A stretch of DNA of 64,000 bases, from UHGV virus genome UHGV-1430452; one strand, 5' to 3'. Source of the stretch: a virus. How positions within the stretch are numbered: position 1 is the stretch's first letter; each line of letters starts with the position of its first letter. The translations under genes were made by a program, and so were the position numbers. Below, piece by piece: positions 47,501-55,908 of the stretch. The notes beneath the pieces were generated by a model. The model had not been told where the DNA came from and did no database searches. It worked only from the letters and a program-made list of their open reading frames with translations.

Positions 47501-49097
47501 TGTTGTCTTTTAATTTATTCGTAGATTCGTTTGCTTCATTTAGCGCTTTTAATGTAGCGTCATCAACGATACCTGTTATTTCTAAATCGTTAGCTTCCTG
47601 AAAAGCTTTAATAGCTGACTCTGTGGCACTTCCGAAAATTCCATCAGCACCAGAATCGCCAATATCATAGTTAAGGCTTTGTAATGCTTTTTGTACTTTT
47701 GTTACGTCGTCTCCTGTATTACCTTTCGATAAACCGGCTTCGACTCCACTTAAATCTACAAGTTCGCCTTTTAATCCGCTAACAGCTTCTTTTAAAATAT
47801 CAGAAGATATGGCACCAGATTGAAAAGCTTTTTCTAGAGAACCATATTTTTTTATGATCTCGTCCATATTAACGCCATGGTCCTCAGCAATCGATCTAAC
47901 TTTTTCCTCAAAAGTATCGGTTTCTACACCAGCTTCATTTATTTTTTTTACAAGCTTATCCCAGTTAGAAGACATCGCGCCTTCCAATAATTCGTTACGA
48001 GATTTCGCTGATGATTCAACCATCTTTCCAATGGTATCTGAAATTCCAGTGAACAATTCTTTGGAGTCTTCAAAATCACCGACAAGTATTCTCCAAGTTT
48101 GACCCCATCCAGATTGGAGAGATTCTTTTACCGTATCTATCAGCTGTGTGAATGTTTTTACTTTTGTAGCAGCGTCTTCAGCGTCCTTCGCTAAAGCCAT
48201 AATATCGTTTGCTTGAGATTCGCTATAACCTTGGGCAATAAGATCGGCCTTACTATATGCGCCAGACAATTGGTTAAGAGTTTCAGTTAATACCTCGGTC
48301 GTTAACCATTCACCTTTTGTTAGGCTTTCTCTAAAGCTGCCATATGTATCAATAGCTTGTTTAGCGCCTGTTCCCAAAAGTTCAGACGTTCTAACAAGTG
48401 CGTCCTGAAATACCTTACCACCCATACCGGCATTAACAACTGAGTTCCAGTCCATAAGACTAACTTTACCTGCCGCCAATGCCTGAGAAAGCTGATACAT
48501 CGCAGTAGATGCCTGTTGAGAAGTTGATCCAGAAACTGCGGCCAAGTTCGCAATACCTTTAATAGCATTAACTGAGGTATCAAGTTTTACACCAGCTGCT
48601 GTAAACGTACCGATATTACGAGTCATTTCCGTAAAATTGTAAATCGTCTTATCGGCATATGTATTTAGCTCATCTAAAGCCTTATTTACAATATCAACAT
48701 TAGTGCCTTCCTGCCTTGTATTGGATAGAATTGTCTGAATAGCACCAATCTGAGTTTCGTATTCTTGGAAACCGCTTTTAACCGGATCTATAGTTAATGC
48801 TGATATCATACGTTTACCAGTGTTAACAGCCTGGTTAGTGATGTTTGCTAAAGCAGTTACACCAGCGACCTGTAGTGCTGAAAATTTAGCCTGAACTGTC
48901 TCTATACCACTGCTCATTCCTGCAAAGCTAACACCTTTAGCAGCCTTACCGACATTCTCCAACCCTTTGGAGGCACCAGATAGATTTAACTTTTGTTTGA
49001 GCTTATCGAGAGTTGACATACTGGTTGCGACTCCGCTCTCAAACTGCTTATTGTCGAACCGCATCTCCAAGACTCTGTTGTCAATAGTCGTACTCAT
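41550..49097 (-). CDS. tape measure protein (2515 aa) with internal repeats and a peptidoglycan-binding domain
   Basis: N-terminal tape-measure domain (GFQEYETQIGAIQ...MYQLSQALAAGKVSLMDWNS); PG_binding_1-like segment DDVTKVQKALQSLNYDIGDSGADGIFGSATESAIKAFQ; repeated ISWFKGRDDLGTFG and TM-rich blocks. Confidence 0.85.
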   Translation of the reverse strand: MSTTIDNRVLEMRFDNKQFESGVATSMSTLDKLKQKLNLSGASKGLENVGKAAKGVSFAGMSSGIETVQAKFSALQVAGVTALANITNQAVNTGKRMISALTIDPVKSGFQEYETQIGAIQTILSNTRQEGTNVDIVNKALDELNTYADKTIYNFTEMTRNIGTFTAAGVKLDTSVNAIKGIANLAAVSGSTSQQASTAMYQLSQALAAGKVSLMDWNSVVNAGMGGKVFQDALVRTSELLGTGAKQAIDTYGSFRESLTKGEWLTTEVLTETLNQLSGAYSKADLIAQGYSESQANDIMALAKDAEDAATKVKTFTQLIDTVKESLQSGWGQTWRILVGDFEDSKELFTGISDTIGKMVESSAKSRNELLEGAMSSNWDKLVKKINEAGVETDTFEEKVRSIAEDHGVNMDEIIKKYGSLEKAFQSGAISSDILKEAVSGLKGELVDLSGVEAGLSKGNTGDDVTKVQKALQSLNYDIGDSGADGIFGSATESAIKAFQEANDLEITGIVDDATLKALNEANESTNKLKDNIDGLIDGITELGGREKIIEGLKNIFKFLGDIIKPIKEAFREIFPPTTVDQVVSMIDRFKAFTDTLKVSEGAASKIKSTFKGIFSAIDIVIEAFKAVGKGALDIIGNFTGLGGGILDATSSFGDFISNVRDSIVEGNLFGDAVDKIVGFLSNGISKIAEFGRSLIESFKISPTLQGFLGFFSGLWNTIKSVGAAIGEAFSDIGNMIADAFGKGDIFEVLNSGLFAGILLAIRNFIKGLSDPFEKISFLDNVKKILDGVKGSLESWQQNLKAGTLLKIAGAIGILAAALFVISGIDEDKLGSSLGAIGGLFVELISALAVLEKINSKSVKPLSGIVSSLSGIARTVQMIGLGAAILILAGAMKIIAGLDWNGVAKGLVGIGGMVAILVAAAKLMNTESKSITKFAGQMLILSAAIAALSGVAKILSSMSWEELAKGGAGILGIVAILVGAAKLMNTESKSITKFAGQMLIMSAAVGILAAVGKSLGSMSWNELAKGGAGILGIVTMLVLASKIMSKGSGSIAKFGGQMLLMASALAILTPVLKSLGSMSWESIGKGLVVLGIALVELSIGLKAMSGSLKGSAALVVAAAGLAILTPVLKSLGSMSWESIVKGLVTLAGAFVVIGVAGALLSPLTPAILGLSAAMAIFAVAIAGIGVGILALSAGFTALATAGTAGATALVASITVIITGILGLIPQIAEVIGRGIVEIAKVIGEYAPQLAESFLKLLLGVLDALEQYAPQIVDSLLGFIIGVINSLAEHTPELISAIMNFVGQVVKGIVDSIGNLDMDTMLKGIGAFGVIGILMKVFAGAGALAGPAMTGVLAVGAVIAEIAVLLAAIGGLSKIPGFSSLVEAGGGLLGKIGNAIGKGIGAFIGGIGEGITGSLPEIGQNIADFMDKLAIASENASGIKSGSFDGVSDLMSAMAEIGFTTVGTSIADIFTLGGTSMEKFETDGVAFFNAMKAISQASAGITIDEAAMGAVINVATKLSELQSSLEPIGGVMDWFSGRDDLATFGTNVGQFIFSMKNAFLGLDGVSFNTEALTSIITGAAELSKLQSSLEPIGGVISWFKGRDDLGTFGESVGEFISSMKVAFSDLEGITLNTEGLTAIISATTILANLQSSLEPIGGVISWFKGRDDLGTFGTNVAQFIFSMKTAFQSLDGVEFNSEALTTIIDGSTKLAGLQSALEPIGGVISWFKGRDDLGTFGVNIGLFIGSMTKAFSSLDGVKINTEAIGIIIDAATKLSGLQSSLENIGGVVDWFTGRDDLGTFGSSVASFMGSMKTAFADLGDTKIDDDSITSIINAATKLAGLQSSLENMGGVIDWFTGKDDLGTFGENIGQFATAMGKLKTGMGEDGISEAVVTSVTNAGSAIIALQEALPEEGWFDGKMNLEEFSKYVEKFSSAMTTFSTDAANINSDGINTAITAAYRIKNLITALADLDASGVSSFAGVGAGDGHLVNIGQAIGKFGESVADIDIAKVNTAVSVALRLKSLIASLVGLDTSGIENFKINSIGKAMQDYGNSVKDMDPGIVSSSISSANRLRNFVSSLTGLDSSGVSNFKIGSIGTTLKSYSKSVENVDSGKVTSSVTAANRLKTFIQGLSSLDSSGVSNFKIGTIGSTLKSYSDSVAGINVGSISSSITAATKIKNFISSLAGLNTSGVASFKTAVSTLGQTSMNSITKSFSGSTSKMSNIGSNLITSFSNGLKSKQALVTSTATNIINSMLKAISSKRSVFGTNGVALMTQFVNGMRSRASSVVNTTTSILSSAVSSTRGYYSSFYSSGSYVASGFVAGIQANIWSAANAAASMAAAASAAARANLAIHSPSRVFMKIGSYVPIGFAKGIGMFGGLVKQSISRMSDNAVNSTQTAMSRISSLLDGDINTQPTIRPVLDLSDIKSGASAINGMLNGTPTLGVMSRLNTINSMMGERIQNGSMDDVVSAINRLRKDLGNVGGVSYNINGLTYDDGSNITEAVKEIVRAAVIERRI
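43300..46400. repeat. in-frame tandem repeats inside the tape measure gene
   Basis: Recurrent protein blocks (PIGGVISWFKGRDDLGTFG x5-6; GILGIVAILVGAAKLMNTESKSITKFAGQMLI x2-3) and matching DNA periodicity; boundaries approximate. Confidence 0.5.
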
Positions 49098-49471
49098 ATC
49101 TTAGTAACCTCCCTCCAGGCCTCTTCTGCCATTTTGTCAAAAATAGGCTGAATCGCAGGATTGATATAATCTCTCCCTTGAACCCAGCCTCCAGTACCAG
49201 TCCCATGACCATATTGCAAAATAATAGCGATTGGTACACCTTTATTAATGTTAGAGTTTGTAAAAGTAATCTTTGCTGATCCGGATGTATTCTCAATTTC
49301 GTATCCCCACGATTTAGCAGTCAATCCAGATTCTACAGGAGTAGCAGACATAAGAGCAGCCACCCCTTCCCGACCATATTTGTCGAGTACGCTGAGCTTT
49401 GCATTCCCTTTAAGTTTCTCAAAATATCGAGTAACTTTAGAGAAGTCTCCCTTATGTCTGAAACTAATCAT
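49094..49471 (-). CDS. tail-module hypothetical protein
   Basis: 125 aa, 4-nt overlap with the tape measure start. Confidence 0.35.
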   Translation of the reverse strand: MISFRHKGDFSKVTRYFEKLKGNAKLSVLDKYGREGVAALMSATPVESGLTAKSWGYEIENTSGSAKITFTNSNINKGVPIAIILQYGHGTGTGGWVQGRDYINPAIQPIFDKMAEEAWREVTKI

Positions 49472-49486
49472 TTTGATCTTTCTCCT

Positions 49487-51205
49487 TTACAGTAGCTCGT
49501 TAACTCGATCCTGAATTTTCTGAATCATGTTGTGATCGTATCCAGCTTTTGCGAGGGCATTAATTCGTGCATCTCCATTACCGTATTTTCCGGCAATGAC
49601 ATCACGGGCTACATTATCAATCACTATCTGATTTACTTTCTTCTGCACAGTGTCTGGATTATAACCAGCTTTCTTGAGAGCAGACACACGAGCATCACCA
49701 TTACCCCATTTTCCAGCTAAAACCTCTTTAGCTACTTCATCGATAGATTTAGTAGGTTTTGCAGGAGCTTTAAGTAGTTCATTCACTTTCTTCTGTACAG
49801 TGTCTGGATTATAACCAGCTTTCTTGAGAGCAGACACACGAGCATCACCATTACCCCATTTTCCAGCTAAAACCTCTTTAGCTACTTCATCGATAGATTT
49901 AGTAGGTTTTGCAGGAGCTTTAAGTAGTTCATTCACTTTCTTCTGTACAGTGTCTGGATTATAACCAGCTTTCTTGAGAGCAGACACACGAGCATCACCA
50001 TTACCCCATTTACCGGCGATTACTTCTTTAGCAATTTCATCGATAGATTTGGTCGGTTTTGGCGTAGATGTAGGTTTAGATGTTGGTGCTGGTGTGGAAG
50101 AACTTTTCGCATATTTTGGTCTAGCAAAACCACGAATCATACCCCAGCCAACCGGAATGGTACGTCTTGCTACTGCTTCTCCTCTGTTACCTTCAATCGC
50201 TGTGATTTGTCCGTTTGAAACAGATTCCACATACCCGATATGATCAGAATATCCGTCGTTTGGCTGAGTCTTATCATCCCAGTTATAAACAATTACATCA
50301 CCAGGTTTCGGAGTAATGGTGCCGTCCTCGACCCAAATGCCTTTCTGCTTAAAAATCTTAATATGTTCCTCACAACCAACTTCTGTACCGATGAGATCGA
50401 CTGCTCCGGATTTGATAGCTGCTGCTGATACTGTACAATCACACCATTCATCATTAGGTTTAATAGCGTATCCGCGAGCCAAAGGTTTGTGAGAATTATA
50501 GATGTTAAGAATCTCAATATATTTACCGTTAGCTTCAGAATAACCGAGCCAACTTCTCATAACATTAAGAACGTCCTGTGCTGTTACACCCAATTCCGTA
50601 TCCTCCTGTTTTCCGTAAAAATAGTTCATGTCGACTTTACCTTTAATACCGCCTACAGTTCCGGAACTCGTATACTGATGAACCAAACAACCGTAATCTG
50701 CTTTTCCGTTATAATCAGCGAGCCAGAATTTGTACTGTTTAATCAGATCATGATTATACCAATTTCGATAGTAGTCGATATTTGCGTAGATTCCAGCTTT
50801 GTATCCCTGAGATTCTACGTACTCACAAAAGATTCTTGTAAAGTTATTACATTCATTTTTACCAAGTCTCACACCTTTTGCAGCTGCTTTCTTGACTGTG
50901 TCATATTCGAAATCTGCGAAGATGATTGTGTTTTTATCAAGACCAGCTTTTCTAACAACATCAACACAGAATTTTGCTTCGTCAAGTGCGCCCTGTTCGT
51001 TTAAGGCATAAATAAAATGGTAAGTTCCTATAATCGGAATCTTGTTGTTTTTACACCCATTGACATACTCATAGAATTTTGAATCTACTGTCTTCCTGTA
51101 AGAAGATCTAAGAATCGCGAACTCTATTCCGGAGGACTTGACTTTAGAAAAATCTACATCTCCCTGCCAATAGCTGATATCAATTCCTTTCTTCACAATC
51201 ATCAT
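49487..51205 (-). CDS. peptidoglycan hydrolase: GH25 muramidase + CHAP-like domain + four CW_7 cell-wall-binding repeats
   Basis: GIDISYWQG GH25 N-terminus; Cys/His segment DEWCDCTVSAA...SDHIGYV...IEGN; 4x IDE(V/I)AKEV(L/I)AGKWGNGDAR(V/I)SALKKAGYNPDTVQKKVN. Confidence 0.8.
   Translation of the reverse strand: MMIVKKGIDISYWQGDVDFSKVKSSGIEFAILRSSYRKTVDSKFYEYVNGCKNNKIPIIGTYHFIYALNEQGALDEAKFCVDVVRKAGLDKNTIIFADFEYDTVKKAAAKGVRLGKNECNNFTRIFCEYVESQGYKAGIYANIDYYRNWYNHDLIKQYKFWLADYNGKADYGCLVHQYTSSGTVGGIKGKVDMNYFYGKQEDTELGVTAQDVLNVMRSWLGYSEANGKYIEILNIYNSHKPLARGYAIKPNDEWCDCTVSAAAIKSGAVDLIGTEVGCEEHIKIFKQKGIWVEDGTITPKPGDVIVYNWDDKTQPNDGYSDHIGYVESVSNGQITAIEGNRGEAVARRTIPVGWGMIRGFARPKYAKSSSTPAPTSKPTSTPKPTKSIDEIAKEVIAGKWGNGDARVSALKKAGYNPDTVQKKVNELLKAPAKPTKSIDEVAKEVLAGKWGNGDARVSALKKAGYNPDTVQKKVNELLKAPAKPTKSIDEVAKEVLAGKWGNGDARVSALKKAGYNPDTVQKKVNQIVIDNVARDVIAGKYGNGDARINALAKAGYDHNMIQKIQDRVNELL
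49530..50130. repeat. 150-bp tandem DNA repeat (about 4 copies, two identical) encoding the CW_7 repeats
   Basis: Copies starting 49681 and 49831 are identical over ~150 bp; flanking copies diverged. Confidence 0.8.
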
Positions 51206-51762
51206 CCTTTCGAATTGAATTTCTTTCTTCGAGCTGCATTCATTTCAGCATAACGACTCATTAATTCTCGCTTACTTGTCTGTTTAGGTGGCTCATTGTG
51301 AGCACTACATACCCTTATCAAAGTAATAAGTCTATTAAGATGCCATTTTTCACACTCAAATGGAATATTGTTTGCAATCATCCAATAATATATAAGCTCT
51401 GACGTTATGATCTCTCGATTTTTCTTTCCAGATCTTCTGTCATTGATAGTAGTTGCTGTCATTGGAGCATAAATATAGTCAGTTATTTGCTTTAAGTTAT
51501 CTTCACTTAACCGACCATACACACTTGGATCAACATTCTTATTGAGTGTCATACACCTTATGTAATCTATTGTTTCTTCAATGGTTTTCTCTTTATTTGT
51601 ATAAAAAGGTTTACACCATTTTGATTCCCATTTTGAAAGAGAGATGAGTGAATGTTCTAATTGTAGTGTCTGCTCTTTCTGAGCTGGCACGGGTATAAAC
51701 ACTTGATTTCCTTCATCCCATAATTCGTCAGCTTCTCTAGCAGGTACTATAATCTGAATCAT
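51202..51762 (-). CDS. tail-module hypothetical protein
   Basis: 186 aa; GGAGGG RBS. Confidence 0.4.
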   Translation of the reverse strand: MIQIIVPAREADELWDEGNQVFIPVPAQKEQTLQLEHSLISLSKWESKWCKPFYTNKEKTIEETIDYIRCMTLNKNVDPSVYGRLSEDNLKQITDYIYAPMTATTINDRRSGKKNREIITSELIYYWMIANNIPFECEKWHLNRLITLIRVCSAHNEPPKQTSKRELMSRYAEMNAARRKKFNSKG

Positions 51763-51791
51763 TACTCATCCCTCCATTGTGTTCGAATTTA

Positions 51792-52205
51792 TTAAGCTCC
51801 TGGAAGCAGATTCTTTGAATTAGCTTCCTGTGCAACATCAGCCGGAACGATGCCGTTAATAAATGCCGCTGCTGCTTCTGCGTCTGTAGCAAGTTCCATG
51901 AAGAGTGTGGAATAAGCTTCTGTCTGTGAAAACTTTCTTGACAGTGGTCTTCCGTCCTCATCAAGTTTCATGAAACCTTTACCATCCGGAGCCTTTTCTC
52001 CATATGCTTTAAGAATAAGATCTTTAAAGATAGCTACGATTGTCGGAGTATCCTGTGCTGCCACGACTTTCTCAATCATCTCAGCGAATCCACCAACTGT
52101 AGATAATTCCATCTCCATAATTTCTGCTTTAGAAAGGTTGAAGTAATATGTATCTTCTCTTTCTACTCCGTTGTAATCTGTGTATTTAATAGCTTTTTTT
52201 AACAT
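51792..52205 (-). CDS. putative tail assembly chaperone
   Basis: 137 aa acidic protein directly after the major tail protein gene. Confidence 0.4.
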   Translation of the reverse strand: MLKKAIKYTDYNGVEREDTYYFNLSKAEIMEMELSTVGGFAEMIEKVVAAQDTPTIVAIFKDLILKAYGEKAPDGKGFMKLDEDGRPLSRKFSQTEAYSTLFMELATDAEAAAAFINGIVPADVAQEANSKNLLPGA

Positions 52206-52241
52206 GTTGTTCTCCTTTCAATTTTTCAACGTTTAATAATT

Positions 52242-52276
52242 AAAAAAAAAGACCCCACCTATTGCTAAGCGGGGCC
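52242..52276 (-). terminator. intrinsic terminator after major tail protein gene
   Basis: Minus-strand CCCCGC/GGUGGGG stem followed by a run of 9 U. Confidence 0.6.
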
Positions 52277-52301
52277 TATCGTTATTCCATTACTTAGTTA
52301 C

Positions 52302-52967
52302 TTACGCACCTGTCGTAGTTTTCATCATAGTAGCAACCTCATCCGGGAGTGGAAGTCTTGCTTCTGTATCCTCGTCACCGTAAAGAACTGCCTCCAGTGC
52401 TGCCAGTTTAGTTGGATCAGCTGTGGTAGAGTCGATTATGAGATGAGATGTAGGTTTGAAATTAGCTACAGATACCGGAGTAGTACTACACTCCCAGGAC
52501 ATAGTAGCCGCTTCCGGACTATCATTTACAGTCGCACGAGATACTTCGGAAGGAGCTGCAAGAGCACCGTATACCAGATGCAGTTTGTAACCATGTGATT
52601 CGCCCTCTGTATCATTACCAATAAGGCTTCGATAAGATAAACCGAAATTTTTACGTTTCTGCTGTCCAATCTTAACGCCGGTTGCAATTTCTCCTTCACC
52701 GTTACATTCTGCGAATTCATCGGGATACATATAAGCTTCGATTGTGAAACCAAATTCCTCAGCGGACATAAGTGTCACATACTTAATGTTATCTGCATAG
52801 AGCGGTGTCGGTTCTGCTCCAGATGGTGATTCTGTTACAGCTGTAAGACCATTCCATGCTGCTCCTTTCGGATAGTTTCCATCAGTTCCCATTGGATAAA
52901 TTACGCCATGATCGACGCCAGTTTCAAACAAACGTTCGCCTGTTGCGTCCCATACAAGTTTAGCCAT
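52302..52967 (-). CDS. major tail protein
   Basis: 221 aa, position between head-tail genes and chaperone, followed by a strong terminator. Confidence 0.5.
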   Translation of the reverse strand: MAKLVWDATGERLFETGVDHGVIYPMGTDGNYPKGAAWNGLTAVTESPSGAEPTPLYADNIKYVTLMSAEEFGFTIEAYMYPDEFAECNGEGEIATGVKIGQQKRKNFGLSYRSLIGNDTEGESHGYKLHLVYGALAAPSEVSRATVNDSPEAATMSWECSTTPVSVANFKPTSHLIIDSTTADPTKLAALEAVLYGDEDTEARLPLPDEVATMMKTTTGA

Positions 52968-52981
52968 ATTTGATTTCCTCC

Positions 52982-53302
52982 TTAATAATATAGCGTTAAT
53001 ACATCGTGATTGAGATTATCGGCTTTATACAGCCTATCGTAAGAGCAGTATGGAAGTTCCATAAGCTTCTGTATAACAGGATTATCCGGTAATTTACTAA
53101 TCACGGTAATGTCATATTTCCTACGTGTTAAATATGTTGAGTTGTTAGCTTTCATGGTTTCGATATCACTTAATGAATACACAATAGCTGGATAACTCAT
53201 TTGAAGTGACGCTGGGGGTTGATAGAAAACCTGGTTACTACCAAGAAGTTCTTCAAGTTTCGCTTGTAGTTCTAATCTACTAGCCACGCCACACACCCCC
53301 AA
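52982..53302 (-). CDS. head-tail joining protein (putative)
   Basis: 106 aa between capsid and tail genes. Confidence 0.35.
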   Translation of the reverse strand: MGVCGVASRLELQAKLEELLGSNQVFYQPPASLQMSYPAIVYSLSDIETMKANNSTYLTRRKYDITVISKLPDNPVIQKLMELPYCSYDRLYKADNLNHDVLTLYY

Positions 53303-53597
53303 TCGATAATATCAGTCTAGGATACTGAACTTCGACGTCTGTCACTTTCCATTTCTCATTTGAGAATTCAATCCAAGTCATGGCAGATACATGATCTCTG
53401 GCGTAGGGATCGGCCACTATACTAATCTGGTTTGAGATATTAATATCATCGTTAACGTTTCCAGAATTCTGCCGTTTCCACCGATTGCTCATGATATCAC
53501 CAAAATACTGACGTTCGACGATTTCATCTTCTATCCAGACACCAGGCTCAACCTCGCCAGTATAAGTAAATCCGATCTTCCCACACCATTTATTCAT
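53280..53597 (-). CDS. head-tail joining protein (putative)
   Basis: 105 aa directly after the capsid gene. Confidence 0.35.
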   Translation of the reverse strand: MNKWCGKIGFTYTGEVEPGVWIEDEIVERQYFGDIMSNRWKRQNSGNVNDDINISNQISIVADPYARDHVSAMTWIEFSNEKWKVTDVEVQYPRLILSIGGVWRG

Positions 53598-53621
53598 GTT
53601 CTATCACTCCATTTTGAATTG

Positions 53622-55559
53622 TTAGGCAGTTTCTTTCACGAATTCAAGAGCTACTGCGGAATACGGTTTAACAAGTGTACCGGAGCAACGTGTCTCCATA
53701 AGATACTTCTGCTTGTTGTAATCGATATCGAAATCATCGAAGAAGTTGATTTCTCCACCCTTATCTGTACCTACGTTGTAATCTTTAAGATTTACATAGA
53801 TACCAGCAAGCTCATATGTCTTATTTTCATCGTCTGTTCTTGTAAGACCTTCCATTACCGGAACCGGAACGATTTCTCTTACGCGAAGAGATGCTGCAAG
53901 TTTCTGTACGCTATCATAGATAACACGTCCGTTTGTATCTTCAATGAGCAAGCAATCTGTAAGCATATCCTCAGACATGAACATATCAGGGTTGCCAGAT
54001 CCTTTATAATTCTTTCTGGATTTGATGCAAGCTTTGATGAATGCCTTAGCTTTCTCTTCAGCAGTAGCGGAATCGCTTACATTGATAGCTGCTTTAACTG
54101 TGAAAAGATCTTCCATCTTCCAGATAGGTCTGATGCAGTCCTCATTGATTTTATCGTTAGCCTCTTCAACCGGATCTCTTCCATCACCGATAAGGAATGC
54201 GCGAGCAAGTTCCTCATCAAGCATCATACGAACTTCTCTCTTCAGCCATGGAAGAATATCGAAATCTGTAATATCAAGCATGTCATCGCGATCTAATGCC
54301 TGTTTCTTGTATACAGTTGTTGGATTTGTTACACGTTTGAGAAGCTTAAATACTTCTTCAATTTTAAGTTTGCCTTTCTGGTATCCCTTTGCTCTAGCCT
54401 GTGCTGCTGTGATGTCAGCAAAGATAGTTTTGATACGGGAGAACGGTGTGTGATGTACTCCGCCAAGTACTTTTGATACCCAATCGTCATTACGTTTGAT
54501 AAATTCCGGTTCATTGTTAAGATTCTTTGCATCCGGGAATAAGATGTCAATGTCTGTGATACCATGAGCAAGCACTGCCTCTTTAAGAGAACCTGAGCGT
54601 TTCGCATCTTCGAAAATCGCAGTCATCTCGGAGTGTGTAAGCACATCATCTGCCATAGGGGTTTCATTGTCGAATACGTTGTGTTTCATATTTTTGTTTC
54701 CTCCTTCATTTTCATCATCTTCTTCGGTTTCAACACCAGCATCTTCTAATGCCTGTCCGATCATAGCGTACACAACAGTTTTCTGTTTCTCAGAAAGAGT
54801 GTTGAATACATCAGCTACAGTTTCTTCTTTGTTTTCTCCCTTTGTTTCTTCCTCGGCATGTTTTACTTCTTCCTCAGAATGGGTTACTTCTTCTTTGTCT
54901 GGTTTATCATCGTTTTCTTCTTTGATACCAGCATCTTCTAATGCCTGTCCGATCATAGCGTACACAACAGTTTTCTGTTTTTCAGAAAGAGTGTTGAATA
55001 CATCAGCTACAGTTTCGTCCTTATTTTCTTCGGCATTATGTTTTTTGGTTTCTTCTGCCATTTTTTCTTCTCCTTTCTCAGAAGTATCTGCGTGGAACAA
55101 TGACTCCACATTTTCGATATATTCGCCTGAGCTGATATATCCCTCTTCATAAGAATCTTCGCCATGCATCATGACAGACTCTATTACTGCGCCTGGATTA
55201 GCACCAGCTAAAACCAAACTAAGCTCACGAATGACTCCGTGAACTACATTACTTCCCTGCTGTTTAAGTCTGTTGGCATATATGGAAAATCTATTCACAT
55301 CACCATGCTGAACCAGCAATTTAGCATTCTGCCCTGATTCCGTATCGTTAAATGTGCAATATGCATACACACCTTCGTCCCTGTTTTCCAGCAAGGCATG
55401 ACCGAGCACTTCATCTACGCTATTATGCTGATGATTCCAAACTAACGGTACAGTTTCACCATCGCACTCTTTGAATGCATCTTTCATGATGACTCTACCG
55501 TCCGCACACAGCATGTCAGCTTTAGTAGCCCAGCCAGAACAATCATATGACTTAGCCAT
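53622..55559 (-). CDS. prohead protease - scaffold-like linker - major capsid protein fusion
   Basis: N-terminal prohead-protease-like region (VPLVWNHQ...FSIYA...ELSLVLAGANPGAVI); acidic linker with duplicated ETVADVFNTLSEKQKTVVYAMIGQALEDAG; ~350-aa C-terminal capsid-like domain. Confidence 0.6.
   Translation of the reverse strand: MAKSYDCSGWATKADMLCADGRVIMKDAFKECDGETVPLVWNHQHNSVDEVLGHALLENRDEGVYAYCTFNDTESGQNAKLLVQHGDVNRFSIYANRLKQQGSNVVHGVIRELSLVLAGANPGAVIESVMMHGEDSYEEGYISSGEYIENVESLFHADTSEKGEEKMAEETKKHNAEENKDETVADVFNTLSEKQKTVVYAMIGQALEDAGIKEENDDKPDKEEVTHSEEEVKHAEEETKGENKEETVADVFNTLSEKQKTVVYAMIGQALEDAGVETEEDDENEGGNKNMKHNVFDNETPMADDVLTHSEMTAIFEDAKRSGSLKEAVLAHGITDIDILFPDAKNLNNEPEFIKRNDDWVSKVLGGVHHTPFSRIKTIFADITAAQARAKGYQKGKLKIEEVFKLLKRVTNPTTVYKKQALDRDDMLDITDFDILPWLKREVRMMLDEELARAFLIGDGRDPVEEANDKINEDCIRPIWKMEDLFTVKAAINVSDSATAEEKAKAFIKACIKSRKNYKGSGNPDMFMSEDMLTDCLLIEDTNGRVIYDSVQKLAASLRVREIVPVPVMEGLTRTDDENKTYELAGIYVNLKDYNVGTDKGGEINFFDDFDIDYNKQKYLMETRCSGTLVKPYSAVALEFVKETA
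54736..55018. repeat. ~90-bp duplicated module inside the capsid fusion gene
   Basis: Near-identical DNA at 54736-54825 and 54929-55018. Confidence 0.7.
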
Positions 55560-55598
55560 TTTGATTTTCTGCCTCCTTTTTAATTAACTTAAACTGCA

Positions 55599-55865
55599 TT
55601 AAACCGAAGCAGTGAAAGTAACAGCTGTTGAACTTCCATCACTAGCGATAAGACCAGTAGACTTAAGGCATACCGGTTTGTAATATGTATCTGTCATGTA
55701 AACAGTTACTCCTTTAAGGAATAACTCCTGGAGATCTTCCTTCATGACTTTCTCCGCTTTTGCTTCCTTATCGTAGAACAGAACTTTTGAAGAATTTGCA
55801 TATAAAACAACTGTTTTTACAAACTTTTCATCATATGCTGCATTAACTGTTTCTCTTTTAGCCAT
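55599..55865 (-). CDS. hypothetical head protein (start moved to ATG with RBS)
   Basis: GGAGG RBS before MAKRETVNAAYDEK... Confidence 0.35.
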   Translation of the reverse strand: MAKRETVNAAYDEKFVKTVVLYANSSKVLFYDKEAKAEKVMKEDLQELFLKGVTVYMTDTYYKPVCLKSTGLIASDGSSTAVTFTASV

Positions 55866-55908
55866 AATTATTTTCCTCCATTTGTTAATAATGTGTATTG
55901 TTTCACAA

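Noticed and set aside
43498-47601. Plus-strand ORFs of 150-180 aa inside the tape measure gene
   Set aside because: Shadow ORFs from the repetitive, codon-biased opposite strand; no RBS and fully nested in a well-supported gene.
51762-51830. Possible -1 programmed frameshift joining the chaperone gene 51792..52205 to 51202..51762
   Set aside because: The downstream gene is in the -1 frame, but that frame has a stop codon (51766-51768) immediately upstream of its ATG, so it cannot be entered from the chaperone reading frame; no slippery heptamer seen.
53619-55152. Plus-strand ORFs (225, 143, 161 aa) opposite the capsid fusion gene
   Set aside because: Nested antisense ORFs with low-complexity Ser-rich translations and no RBS.
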